64,000 nucleotides of DNA from positions 1,302,001 through 1,366,000 of the forward strand of contig OZ374563.1 of assembly GCA_977862235.1 (NCBI GenBank), given 5' to 3'. This DNA comes from Dudresnaya verticillata. Lineage: Eukaryota. A program made the translations under genes and the position numbers. Below the pieces are notes generated by a model. That model was not told where the DNA came from. It saw only the letters and a list, made by a program, of their open reading frames with translations, and searched no databases. Positions 22,230-34,800 of the stretch are shown here, piece after piece (the first letter of the stretch is position 1; each line of letters opens with the position of its first letter).

Positions 22230-23170
22230 TTACAAGAATGGTACAGAACCTAGTCCATATGCTCCATCCTCCATATACTGAACATGCGCGTCTATACAGC
22301 TATCAAGCAATTCATCAAGGTCTTGCACAAAAGCAATTCCAGGATCCACGTATGCTGGAGGTGGTGGTGGCGTAGGAGGTGGCGGTGTGGACAATGGAAC
22401 TGAAGGGGTTATTGGTGGCATGGCAGCAGCAGAGGCGGCAGCAGCGGCGGCAGCGGCGGCAGCGGCGGCAGTAGCGGCTGCAGCGGCTGTGGTGGAGATG
22501 GGCGGTTCTGGCGGGGGAACCTGCAAGACTTGACAAGATGACGTGCCCTCCGGTACGAAGGGCTGTGATGGCTGGTCGGTGCAATCCATTTCCGGCTCCA
22601 TATCTACGTCCAACGACGAGACTGAACCGTCATCAGAGCTGCCTTCTTCCCCTTCGTCGTCCTCCTCCTCCTCGCGGCGCACCAACTCTGCCAGTTCGCG
22701 TACACGCCTCTCGAGAGCTGAGATGCGCTGACACTGCTGGTCAAAGTGGGTGTAAAACTTCTGGGCGGCCTCTTTCCGGCGCAGGCGGCTTCTCTTCGCC
22801 GACTAGAAAGACATGAAGACACGTGGGATAGCAGGCGAGGGTAGAAAGTCAGCGACGGGTTGTCTGGACAGGAGACACAGAACAGCGGAAGGAAGGGGCA
22901 TGAGTGGAGAAAAAAAAAACCTACCTCTGAGTTCTGGCGCTTGCGGATGACCTGTCGTAGATGGGCCGGGGCGCCGCGCACAGAGTGCGGGATGGCGGGG
23001 TCGCCCTCCTCGGATGGTTGCGAGTCTGTGGAGGCGCGATTCTGGGCGATGCGCATGGGGGTCGGGTCGGGCGGGGCGGCGGTGGAGGTGGAGTGCGACA
23101 GCGGAAGGGGCTTGGGGGTGTGCTGCGCTGGTGGATGGGAGCGCGAGACAACGATGTGGCTGCGGGTCAT
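22230..23170 (-). CDS. bZIP transcription factor, paralog of 19046-19750; 2 exons
   Basis: Exons 23170-22925 and 22802-22230. The intron at 22803-22924 (GTAGGT..GCTGAC..CTAG) joins IRKRQNSE to SAKRSRLRRKEAAQ..ISALERRVRELAEL and continues in frame into ORF 22230-22685 (acidic, poly-Ala tail). Confidence 0.85.
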
Positions 23171-24207
23171 GGCGCGGCGGGGGCGGCGAGCGGTTGGGCT
23201 GGGCGGGTCGGCGATGGTGGCTGTGCGGTAGGTAGGGCGGGCCCGGGGCGGGGAGTGGGTGAGGGTTGGGGCGCGGGAGAGAGAGAGAGAGAAGGGGGGG
23301 TGCACGAGGTTTGGCGGGAGGGGGACGCGGGGAGGGGGGAATGCAGCGGGGTGAGAAGGGGGGGAGGGGAGGCGGGCGACGGGGTGGGCGGCGAAGCGAT
23401 AGCTGAAATGCGGCGAGAATAGGCCACGCTCTGTACACTCGGATTGGGTTTTGGGTGGGTCTGGCAGGTGGCGTGTGGCAGATGGGCGGCAGATCCGAAA
23501 GGGCTTCGGATCTGTGGAAGAAGGGCACGGACAGGCGGTGCGCGTGGCGCTGGGGCTGGGGGCTGTTCAGGGGCGGCCAGTGGTGGTCGCGAGACGCGCG
23601 GTCCGGAGCGCGGCGGGGCGCGCATGTGTGCATGCGCACGGTCGAAGCGCATTATGCTAATAAAAACAAATGGACTGGCAGCGGTGCGGTGGAGGGGGCC
23701 GCGATCAGACCTGAGCACCGAACCGACTCAACAAGCCAACAATGAGACAGCAGCTGTGACGTGTGGCTTTTCTTCCAGCGATTCTGAGTGCGTGGCCGAC
23801 GCAGGCGTCTCCCCTGACAGAATTCAGCCACCATTTCGTCCACGCTCAACAGGAGCCGTCGCGCGGCCTGATTGGCTGGCCGCGCCGCCTGTGCGAGAAA
23901 CAACGGCGTGTGCCGTTTCTGCGATCTCCACGTCGGGCTGAAAGCGCAGCGACAAGTGCAGCTCAACTCCATAAATCCACCTCCCGCGCCTCCGCAACCC
24001 TCCTCCGCGCTTACGCTGTAATGCCCGCCTCCATTTAGAAGCTTTATTCATCAGAACACAGAGTGCACAACGAGAGGCGTACCTTAAGGTACTCCTGTAG
24101 CCTGTTACGGCAACCTGTTATGGTACTGTAGTGCAACACTTCCGTTGGCCTTTGAGTGCTTGTTGAATGGCTTCAACCCATAGCCGGCGCTCCTGCCTGC
24201 AGAGACG

Positions 24208-24247
24208 ATACAGTGTACTGCACTGTTATACAGTGTACTGCACTGTT
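24208..24247. repeat. 20-bp perfect tandem repeat, 2 copies
   Basis: ATACAGTGTACTGCACTGTT x2; each unit contains the inverted repeat ACAGTG..CACTGT. Confidence 0.85.
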
Positions 24248-26503
24248 TTATCCTACAGGCTCTGTGCTGCGGATACTTACTACTGTGTACTACTGTACCC
24301 TGCACTGCGCCCGTCCCGGACGCAGTTGCACTTCGTCCACGCTTGCGGTTCAAATCCCTTTCGTTCACACGCGCCCGCGCCCTCTCAGAGGTTCAGAACA
24401 CAGTCGCGCACCCTCCGCGGAGAACGGCTCTGCGACACTGTAGAATAATCTCTCGCGATCACATCTTTCCCCGCTGATCTTTGCTATGTATACAGTTGCA
24501 GTAACATGCTAAAATGAATCCAATCTTGTCTTCAATCTTGTGCCTTTCAGAGGAATACGTCGAAGGTCGAAGGCAATGCTGCATAACATTTAAATATCTA
24601 CTGAACAGTATGTCGCTACTACGCCATGTCCGCTGCTGTTTCACAGAACACGCGTTTTAATGCAGAACTGCTGCTCTGAAATGCGTCTTGTATCTACCCT
24701 TCACAGACCTTCGACGGCCCGAAGCACCTCACAAATTGCAATAGATCTCTCGAGACAACAGAAATTATACTGTTTATCTCAAAACAACTGTCCAGTTATC
24801 TTATTCCGAAGCCTGTTATTCGTCCCAGCGGTTCCAACTCTCCAAACCCTTACACTTCCCATTCTCGACTAACATAACTTTACTCTATAACTACACGTAT
24901 CCACTCAGTGAGGTCTTCAATGCCCACCCATCTTTTTCTGCTGTTCTGCTTCAGCCTCGTCAGCTATCACCTTAACAAAAAAATCCTTCGGCTCTTCAAA
25001 CTTCCTGCGCTTCTCTCACAACTCTATTCATGCCCTGTACTGTACCATGTCATTACTACCAGAGTAGAGCAGTACTACTGCACTCTGCTTAAACCTCGCC
25101 AAAAGCCTAAGATTGCAGACAGCATTCTCGCTCGCGTCATTCCGAAACCATCCATTCTGTTCACCCAGCGTGCGTATCGCGAACAACCAAACTATTCTTT
25201 TGTGTCAATAGCTCAAAACTCTTTCGCGCTGCCCATATGTTTTCCCAGTTACGTTAATACACGCATACTGCAATCTCATGCGCTCACGCATTCACCACAT
25301 CATTCGACCATGATAGTCAAAACATCCTTGGAAAACCAATTTGTCTATGCTGTCTTGTTAATGCACTCTACTTCATATTTTGTTGCCTACGGCCCTCGCA
25401 CCGCTTCGCTTTCCTCGATGCCACTACTCGATCACTACAGTGCCCTGTCAGCGGTCAAGTACGTCCTTTTAGTCCAACATCACAGAACACCCGTCAAGCT
25501 GCCACTGGCTCTTTCAAGGCATAGCAATTGGATGCAGCTTGGTTCAGAGTGTGGCCAGGAACTCCTAGGGGGCTCGTCTTGGTCAAAACCTCCGCAGGAA
25601 ATATATCCAAGTGCTGGATGTGCTGCGTACTATTATGGGCTTCTCTACTGCGAGTTTCCGCGCCTGAAAACGGTCTCGTGCAAATTTGCCCTGCTAGAAG
25701 GACGGACGGAGAAAGTAAGTTGCACAAAACGGTTCGGTGCCCGCCATAGTGGCGAAGCAAGGTTAAACGTCTATCTCTTCAAAAAGCGCTGCTGGGACTC
25801 GACTCGCAAAGTCTGCTTTCAGCCGCGCGACGATTGCTCTAAACGTTTAGTGTGGCTTGCGATGCTACGGTAACAGGGAGACGACCAATGTTTGGGCTGT
25901 TGCGTTTCCCTTCGCGTGCAATTGTGCTCTTCACCCGGTGCTGCACGCGCCACGTGTGCACCTGTTGGGTGAACGATGTCCACTCCGCGGGTGCTCTGCC
26001 AATCACACATCGCGAACAAGAACAAGTGGAGATTAAGTTCGCGAACGGGCGGATATTTGCGAGATATACTGTAAGCAACAATAATTTAGCCGCTTGAGGC
26101 CAATCACTGCAGACGAACATGCCAAGTGGCATGCTCGAAGGGACTCATCTGCCTCGCAGCTGAGTTTTTGGCTATTGCCAAAAACAACTCGAAAAAGACG
26201 TAATTCGCGCTCACACAAAGCCCCACGACTTTCCTTGGTCTTCTTCATCCCTTCTGCACGTCGTGCCCCAGCTTCCAGCCCTCTTTCTTCGACCCACGCA
26301 TATTCGTGCGCTGCTCAGGGCGGGCGAGCTCTTTACTACCTTTGCTCAGCCTCGGATTATCTCCACTTCCCTCACGACCTAGCTTGCTACGTCTCTTGAA
26401 AACAGCATTTCGAGCTGTTCTTCGAATTGCACTCTAAGACCCTGCCCGAGTCTCTTCGTTGCTATCTCGCCAAAGCTCGACCCCACTGTCAATCCAGAGC
26501 ACC

Positions 26504-27181
26504 ATGGCCAGATTCTTGTACCGCGTTCTTCGCGTTGTCAACTTCGTCGGTTCTATTGAGGAATCTCAGCTGCGCGGCGCGATGCGCTCAAGTGCCGTAA
26601 TGTCCCGTCTTCAAGCCCTCATCGCAGCCGAACTTGACAAGCCCTTATCGTATGCCTTGCCGCTGACAGGAAATGCAATGGCCCCTATTCTCAACGCCAA
26701 TGTGAACGATATGGATTCAGCAGCAGACCGCGTCGTCATACGTCGTCTGTCTGGAAATGTCCAATCCTTCCTCAATCGAGTCTATGTAGACGACGTCGTC
26801 ATAATACGAGACCCAAACGACTCGCGCCGTAAGTACGTCAGAAGAATTACCGCCTTGGAAGGCGCTCAGATGGCCAGTCATAATGAGGGTGACCCGCCGT
26901 TCCGTGTGCCGCCAAGACATTGTTGGGTTGCTCGCGATAACCACACCGCAGCCTCCGCCCCTGACTCCACATATTTTGGACCGCTTTCGCTAGACTATAT
27001 CATCGGCCGTGTCATGTACGCCATTCGGTCTGCAACAGACCATGGCCGAGTGTCGAACTCACCGTATGCGATGGCCTCGGATTCAATTGTTCTAGCGCAG
27101 GAACCTATCGCGCCTCATCTCCACCCACCACCAGAGCACCCTGAGGGCCCCACCAACGACAAGTCGCGTCCTGGAGAGTGA
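26504..27181 (+). CDS. Peptidase S26 (IMP1-like) family protein, predicted non-catalytic
   Basis: Motifs TGNAMAP, DVVIIRDP, YVRRITALEG, CWVARDN and DSTYFGP..IIGRV. The catalytic Ser and Lys positions are occupied by Ala and Arg. Confidence 0.8.
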   Translation: MARFLYRVLRVVNFVGSIEESQLRGAMRSSAVMSRLQALIAAELDKPLSYALPLTGNAMAPILNANVNDMDSAADRVVIRRLSGNVQSFLNRVYVDDVVIIRDPNDSRRKYVRRITALEGAQMASHNEGDPPFRVPPRHCWVARDNHTAASAPDSTYFGPLSLDYIIGRVMYAIRSATDHGRVSNSPYAMASDSIVLAQEPIAPHLHPPPEHPEGPTNDKSRPGE

Positions 27182-27391
27182 GATGGAGCGCTCCCTGTCA
27201 CTACGGTGGGACCTGAATTGTCCGTCAAAGTGTACATTGCGATGACAGGTTTTATTAACTGTACCATACTCACCGAAAGCAGCGCCGGCATAAGTAATAC
27301 CGTTCCGGGGCGTCTCAGCAATTGAAATATAGCTTAAAAGGTTAGAGCTCCCGAAGAGTGTAGCGCTGCCTCCTCCTCATGCAGTGAGCTT

Positions 27392-28066
27392 TCAGCGATT
27401 TGCTTTTCTCCCGCGCACCCTTCTCGAGCGAGGTGCGGTTCGCTTCTTAAACGAGCTCTCAATTTCTGCTCGTATGGCTTGTTGTTTTGGGTTTTGAGAA
27501 GACGGAGCTTCTTCCTGACGCACGTGGTTTCCATTTTCTGCGTCTTGCTGCTCGCTAACATTCTTCAAACCAATGCCCATTGTCGCGCTTGCAGCGGACG
27601 CCAGGCCTGCTTGATCGTTTCCCCCGTCACTGTGACTTGGTTCAGCTGGCGTCCACTCACCATACAATGCGTGCATCGGCAGTGGAAATCCGATGGCGTC
27701 GAGCTCTTCTGTGGCTTGGTCTTCAGTTTGCCAGTCTACAGCTCTGCTAGGATTCAGTTTCATAAATGGCTGTCGCGCCTGCGAGGACCCAGCACCCGCA
27801 GTTGCACTTGCAACCGACTCCAACAGTTGCATTTTCGCTTGGCCACTAGCTGCTGCAGTGTTGACACAGTCCGTGTTGCCAGTGCTAGGGAGTTGCTCCT
27901 TTGCCGCCTTGTCATTCTTTCTGGCTATTTCTGCTAGTAGTTCTCTAAGGGCGTCCCGATGCTTTTGAGCCTGTTCATGCTGCTGCTTTTGGATTTTGTT
28001 GTCAGCAAGCCATACGCCACAGATCTTGCACCACGTTCGGCTATTCGATGCTCTTCTCCGCTTCAT
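27392..28066 (-). CDS. WBP4/FBP21-like spliceosomal U1-type zinc-finger protein without WW domains
   Basis: WCKICGVWLADNKIQKQQHEQAQKH zinc finger, internal YGEW motif and C-terminal FKKR..SRRVRGR. First ATG at 28066. Confidence 0.7.
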   Translation of the reverse strand: MKRRRASNSRTWCKICGVWLADNKIQKQQHEQAQKHRDALRELLAEIARKNDKAAKEQLPSTGNTDCVNTAAASGQAKMQLLESVASATAGAGSSQARQPFMKLNPSRAVDWQTEDQATEELDAIGFPLPMHALYGEWTPAEPSHSDGGNDQAGLASAASATMGIGLKNVSEQQDAENGNHVRQEEAPSSQNPKQQAIRAEIESSFKKRTAPRSRRVRGRKANR

Positions 28067-28877
28067 GGCTCCAAAGGGTACTTGAATTGGTAGACACAAA
28101 TTGCTCGACTTGGCTCCGCTGGTTTCATTCAAAGGCCTTCCAAGCTCCAGCCACGGATCATCGGCCACACTGGAAGAGAGTCACGGGCTAGTTTGAACAG
28201 ATGCCTGGATGAAAATCAAGCCGAGAACTTCAGCCGACGGCTAGATTCACACTACAGTCAGAGCAGTACATGAGCAATGGAGCCCCGGCTGCTGCATACC
28301 AAGCTCGGTGCTGTTGGGTGTCAAGGCAGGGAGGGAGGTGCGGTCGACGGGTCGCTCCTGCGACATACAGTACGTGTAGTAGCTGTGTGCGAACAGTGCC
28401 CAAACCGGTTGTTCCGTCACGCGCAGAAAAAGAAGAAAAAAAGACCTTTCTTTTTTGCGTTGTGACTAGTTCCTGTTGTTGCCTTTCGATTTCAAAAACG
28501 GAGAGAATCATAGTTCATGCTTGCTGCTCCAGCTCTCTCAATCGAAGGTCCCGCAAACTTTGATCCGCTGGAACGAGTAAACGTTTGCTGCTGTCTTTGC
28601 TAGGTGCTGGTGGAGAGACTGCAACTACTGAGCTAGGCGACTCTCATCGTTGGAGTTAGACACCCACGATCCCAGCTTGTATCTGCTTCGACCGCGCCAC
28701 CAACGTCGCCAGGTCATCCGAACAGAATACATTTGCGTTGGAAGGTTTGCCGCGTGCCAGATTTTTTGCCGAAGGCCTTTGCCGCAGCAAGCTTTCAGCT
28801 TGTCTGTTATAGACCAGGGGTGGTGCCGCTCATTTTGGAGTTTCTAGACAGGGCGTGTTCCTCGCAGTTGGATCACC

Positions 28878-31800
28878 ATGGTGGATGAGCGCGAGTTTCT
28901 CAAGCAATACACTTACAAGGCTACATCCAATCTCGTCTTGGAGCAAAACAGAGCTTCACGGAGAGAGCGTGTAACGGGCTCCGGAGAGGTGGCCCCGCTT
29001 AAGACAGATGAACTACCAGGGAGAATGGGAGATATGGCTGGTCTCCGCAGCGAGAAGGTGTCGCCATCTGGCGACCAAGGGCGAGGACAGCGCGGACCGC
29101 CTGGGCCACGGCGTACAGAATTTGATACTCACCAAACTCCCATGGGAAAAGCACCAGTCCTTGGAGCTGCCTCGACTGGTGTTCGCGATACGAAGGTAGT
29201 AGCAGATCTGAATGTTGTGGACGTTGCAAATGAGCTCGAGCTAAATGAAGGTCATGGCGGTTACGCGCCCACCACTTTGCCATCTCAGAGAGCGTACGAG
29301 GCTTTGCTCGGTTTCATCGTGTCAAAGTTGGGTGATAAGCCGCGAGATTTGTTGCACAGTGCCGCAGATGAAGTCCTGGCAGTTCTCAAAGCTGAACAGC
29401 TTTCTGAGACAGACCGGAAGAAGAATGTCGCAGAAATTCTGCTTTCGTCGATATCGCGAGAAGAGTTCTCACAACTTTCAGATCTTGGGAGACGGATTTC
29501 AGATTTCCAGGACCCGAATGCCCCTACCCGCCATACTAGAAGCGATACTATTCGAGGCAACCAACTCCATGATGGTGAAGAGGTAGCACTCCTTTTTGAA
29601 GAAGACGGAAATGAGGAGAATGGTACTGCTACTAATGCCTTGGATGAAGTCCTTGACCTTCGGGAACCGTCAGACACAGAAGCTCCTGTATTTGAAAGTC
29701 TCGATGTTGCTCCCTCCACTGGCCGGAGCTTACCCGACGGAGAATTCAAACCAGAGTTCCAGTCGCTCCAGCAGCCCACCTTCACTGCGCAGCACGTTTT
29801 TGAGGGCATGGATGCGCTGCATATTCGTGACGTTCATGGCTATTGGGTCCAGCGACAACTGAAGACGTACTATAGGGATCCACATCAATGCCAACAGGTG
29901 GCGGAAGAAGTTTTGAGTATTATCTCCCAGAACGAGGATAATCGAACTTGTGAGAATAGGCTCGGACTACTATTGGAGTTTGATAAGTTTGAGCTCATTT
30001 CAGCGCTTCTGAAGCACCGGGAAGTTATTGTCTATGGCACCAGGTTGTCGCGTGCGAGCACAGACGCGGAAAGGCAGGCAATAGAGAGTGAGATGGCGCA
30101 GACAGGGAGTGGTCGCAAGTTACTGTCTGACTTGAGGAAGGAGGACGTGACAACGGAACAGGCTTCAGATGTTGTCGCAAATGCAGCTCATCCTGTAGGT
30201 GTACCGCGTCTAGATTCAGGTTCTTGTCGCGAACCAGAGGTCAACAGGAGTCGAAAGAAGCGGAAGAGGGCTTCTTTTCCGCTGAGAAAACTTGATTTGG
30301 ATAGTTTATCGTTTCAGAAAGGAGGAAGGGTGGTGACCGTTAGGGACGTGAAGCTACCCGCAGGCTCGGCACATGTTGAGAAGAAAGAATACGAAGAGTG
30401 GCATATTCCTGCCGTGTCCGCTGTAGCTGATGGTAAGGAGCAGCCTCTAGTGCCTCTGACTGCCCTTCCAGATTGGGGAAGGTTAGCCTTTCCGAATGTG
30501 CGGACATTCAATCGCGTGCAATCCTCTGTTTTCTCATGCGCTTTTGACTCTGACGAAAACATGCTCCTCTGTGCCCCAACCGGGGCAGGAAAGACGAATG
30601 TTGCGGTGCTTACCATTCTCCGTACCATTCGTAATTCGTTTCAGCCGGGCAGTGAGATGAAGGATATCAAGGCGGCAGATTTCAAGTTATTCAAGATTGT
30701 TTATGTCGCGCCGATGAAGGCTTTGGTTGCAGAGGTGGTTGATAATCTTGGTCGGAGACTCGCCGACTTAGGTATCTCAGTGAAGGAGCTCACAGGTGAC
30801 GTCAATCTGTCCAAGCATGACATTGACCAGACGCAGATCATTGTGACTACGCCGGAGAAGTGGGACATTCTGACCAGAAAAAGCAGCCAGAGGTCTTTCA
30901 CGAGCCTGGTTCGTCTGCTCATCGTAGATGAGGTGCACTTGCTTCATGATGAAAGGGGACCAGTGTTGGAAGCCATCGTGGCTAGGACGTTGAGCGGCAT
31001 TGAGGCATTGACCAAGACTACAAGAGTCGTTGCTCTGAGCGCAACGCTTCCCAATTACCGAGATGTTGCAGCTTTCCTACGCGTGAAGCCAGAAAAAGGA
31101 TTGTTCCACTTCGATTTGTCGCATCGCCCTTGTGCACTTCAACAGTGCTACGTTGGCATCAGCGCCAAGAAGCCTCTCAAAAGGTTTCACGTGATGAATG
31201 AAATAACCTATGAAAAGGTGAAGCAGCAGTTGCAGTCATCAAACCAGGTTATTATTTTCGTCCATAGCCGGAAAGAAACGTCCGCGACATCGCAATACCT
31301 CGTTGACAAGGCTATTGATGACGAGACAACTCACCTGCTTATGAAACCTGGTGAATCACTCGAAGTCATTCGAAGCGAACTACCGAACTTGGATGCGAGA
31401 GATCTTGGTGACCTGCTCGAGCAGGGGCTCGCCACCCACCATGCCGGTATGTCGAGAAGTGATCGACACTTGGTAGAGGCCCTGTTCGAGGGTGGGCACA
31501 TTCGTGTGCTGGTTTCAACTGCGACTTTGGCTTGGGGTGTTAATCTTCCTGCGCACGCAGTAATCATCAAAGGAACACAGGTTTACGCTCCAGAGTTTGG
31601 CCGATGGATTGAGCTCTCTCCAATGGACGTCATGCAGATGATGGGAAGAGCAGGGCGGCCTCAGTTCGACACATACGGAGAGGGTTACATTATCACGTCC
31701 AAGGGAGAGATACAGTACTACCTTTCTTTGCTCACACATCAGTTGCCCATCGAGTCGCGAATGATCTCAAGGATTGTCGACATGCTCAATGCTGAAGTCG

Positions 31801-34800
31801 CTATCGGATCTGTCTCGTCTGTTCAAGAAGGGTCTACTTGGCTGTCTCATACCTATTTGTACGTCCGCATGCTCTCAAACCCCAGTTTATACGGTGTATC
31901 AGTCGATGAACGCAATACCGACCCTACTCTTGAGCGTCGAAGGGCAGAGTTAGTGCACACGGCGGCAAGTCAGCTTCATCAGTCAGGGCTAGTTACGTAC
32001 AATCCCAAGACTGCTGACATAACGCCCAAAGAGCTCGGCAGAGTGGCAGCCGACTTTTACGTGAGTCATGAGACGATGTCACTATACATGCGGCACCTGA
32101 AGCCTTCCACAACCGATGTAGATTTGCTACGGGTGTTCTCGATGTCTGGAGAGTTTCGGCACATGCGCGTGCGGGAAGAGGAAAAGTTAGAGCTCTCAAG
32201 GCTGGCTGAGCGAGTGCCAATTCCTGTGAAGGAGTCCCTTGATGAGCCGTCTGCGAAAGTCAACGTGCTGTTTCAGGCATTTGTCTCGAATTTGTCACTT
32301 GATGGCCTTGCGCTTAAGGCGGATATGGTGCACGTCACGCAAAGTGCTGCACGCCTTATGAGAGCTCTTCTTCAGGTTGCTGTACAAATGAAGCGTGCCG
32401 CCCTAGTTGAAAGGTGCTTGTCGCTTTCCAAGGTCGTAGCAACGAGGCAATGGCCATCTCAAACACCGCTCCGGCAGTTTCGAGACGCACTGAGTCGCCC
32501 TCTGTTACACAGGGTCGAAAGGAAAGATATTTCTTTCGAGCGGTACTACGATCTTTCTGTGTCTGAACTTGGTGAGCTTCTTAGAGATCCCAAACTCGGT
32601 CGTGCCGTACATAGACTTGTTCACTCCATTCCGCGTCTCGAGCTGGATGCTCATGTCCGTCCATTGACAAGATCAATGCTGGAAATAGATTTGACCTTGT
32701 CTCCAGATTTCCGGTTCGATGAAAGAATTCATGGGAAGGGAGAAAGATTCTGGATTTTTGTTGAAGACTCGGATTCTGAGGTCCTGCTACACACGGAGCT
32801 GTTTTTCCTCCAGCGTTCGCTTGCTACGGAGGACCATTTTCTGAAGTTCACAGTGCAATTGTCTACCCCAACGCCCCCACAATACTTCATCAAGTGTATC
32901 AGTGATGCCTGGATCGGCCCAGAGTCAATCCTCCCAATTTCTTTCCGTGGTCTTCTTCTTCCTGAAAAGTTTGCTCCTCACACCAAACCACTGGATCTCC
33001 ACCCCCTGTCTGTGGCAAACGCGTTTCCTTTGAAGGAATTGGAAGGAGACAGCGTGGATGGGACCGCTCACAATGAAACGATGAAAGCTGTTCGCTCATA
33101 CTTTGCTACAACATTTAGCCACTTCAATTCATTGCAGACACAGATGTTTCAGTCGTTGTTTAATAGTGGTGCTAACGCCCTGGTTGCAACGCTTCCGAAC
33201 ATGGACAGACTGGTGTGTGCGGAGTTGTGCATTGCAAGGCTTTTCTGCAGAAATCCTGCTGCAATTGCCGTATGGGTTGTGGGACGTGGCAGTGTAGCAG
33301 TTGATGGCACTCAGAGACTTCTTGAGACTGGAATCGGTAGACATCTTAACCTTAAAGTTGTTTCCTTTTTGTCGGATCGAGGTGCTGATTTGAATTTGCT
33401 GCGCTCCTCTGGGACAATCGCAGTAACGACGAGTGAGAGATGGGACATGTTCTCTCGAAAATGGAGGCAGAAGAGGGAAGGGAAGATCATCAGGAACATC
33501 GATCTTATCGTGATTGACGGTCTACATATGATTTCGGAGTGGAAAGATAGCGGTGCAGCTCTAGAAGTAGTCTGTTCTAGAATGAGATATATCGCTGCTG
33601 ATATGACTGAACGGGGCAAAGAACCATTTCGCATCGTCTGTCTCAGCGATCCGATTGCAAACGCTAAGGAGCTTGGATATTGGATGGGGGCTCCACCGTC
33701 AGCTGTATTTTCTTTTCATCCAAAGGAGCTGGAACATGGAATTCGTGTGGAGTCTACGGCTGTGTCTCCGCGGTCAGGAACGCGTGCGTCGTATGTCGCA
33801 GCAGTTAGCCAAGCAATTGCTTCAGAAATAGGTACGCGCTGCAGCGGGCGCTCCGTGCTAGTCTACGTGCCATCCCGAAAGCTGGCTCGAAGTGTAGCCC
33901 TAGAAGTTCTTGATGCCGCCGCACAACATGGCAATCCGAAAATATTGTTGCACGCATCTGGATTGCGTGACGCTGACGTTGGAGGTATCAGTACCAATGC
34001 GCTACGGGAATGCATACAGCTTGGCATTGGCTACATTCATCAGGGCATGAACCGAGGAGACATGAGAATTGTGGAAGGCCTGTTCCAGACATTGGCAATA
34101 AGGGTTCTTGTCGCAACATCAGACTACGCCTGGGAGTCAAATTTATCGCGGTCTTGCCGCATCATTATTGCTGGTACACAACTAGATATCTCGAGGGAAG
34201 TTGCCTTAAGACATGATGAGTATCCAATGACAGACCTCTTGAAGATGATGTGCAGTGTGAAAAATGAGAGTTCTCCCGACCAGAACCCTACTCTCATAAT
34301 TACGAGCACTTCCCGTCTCGACTTTTACCGTCTTCGCAGTGTAGAACCGATGCCTGTTGAGTCCCAACTTCAGCCGTGTCTGGCTGATCACTTGAACGCA
34401 GAAATATCCGCTGGTGTTGTCGAGACAAAGCAAGAGGCAGTAGACTACCTCACCTGGACTTTCATCTACAAAAGATTGCCAAAGAACCCGAACTACTACG
34501 GTATGAGCACGCGGTCGCTCATTGGGATTTCAAATCACCTGTCTGAAGTAGTTGAAACAGCTCTTTCCGATCTAGAGGCATCAAAATGTGTTGCTGCAGA
34601 AGGAGAAGAAGATGTTACCCTGGGAGCTCTGAACCTAGGGATCATTGCTTCTCACTACTACATACGACATTCGACGGTCGAACTCTTCGCATCTTCAGTG
34701 ACACCGAAGACGAGACTACGCGGACTGTTGGATATCCTGTCCCTAGCATCTGAATTCAGTATGGTGAACATTCGGGCAGATGATGCAGAAGCCCTTAGAA

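Noticed and set aside
24908..25873. 321-aa ORF in the long intergenic region
   Set aside because: Non-ATG start, composition unlike the neighbouring genes and no recognisable motif. It cannot be supported, although it is not excluded.
33100..33600. Degenerate Walker motifs in the second BRR2 cassette as a sign of pseudogenisation
   Set aside because: The C-terminal cassette of Brr2 is known to be catalytically inactive, and the ORF is intact.
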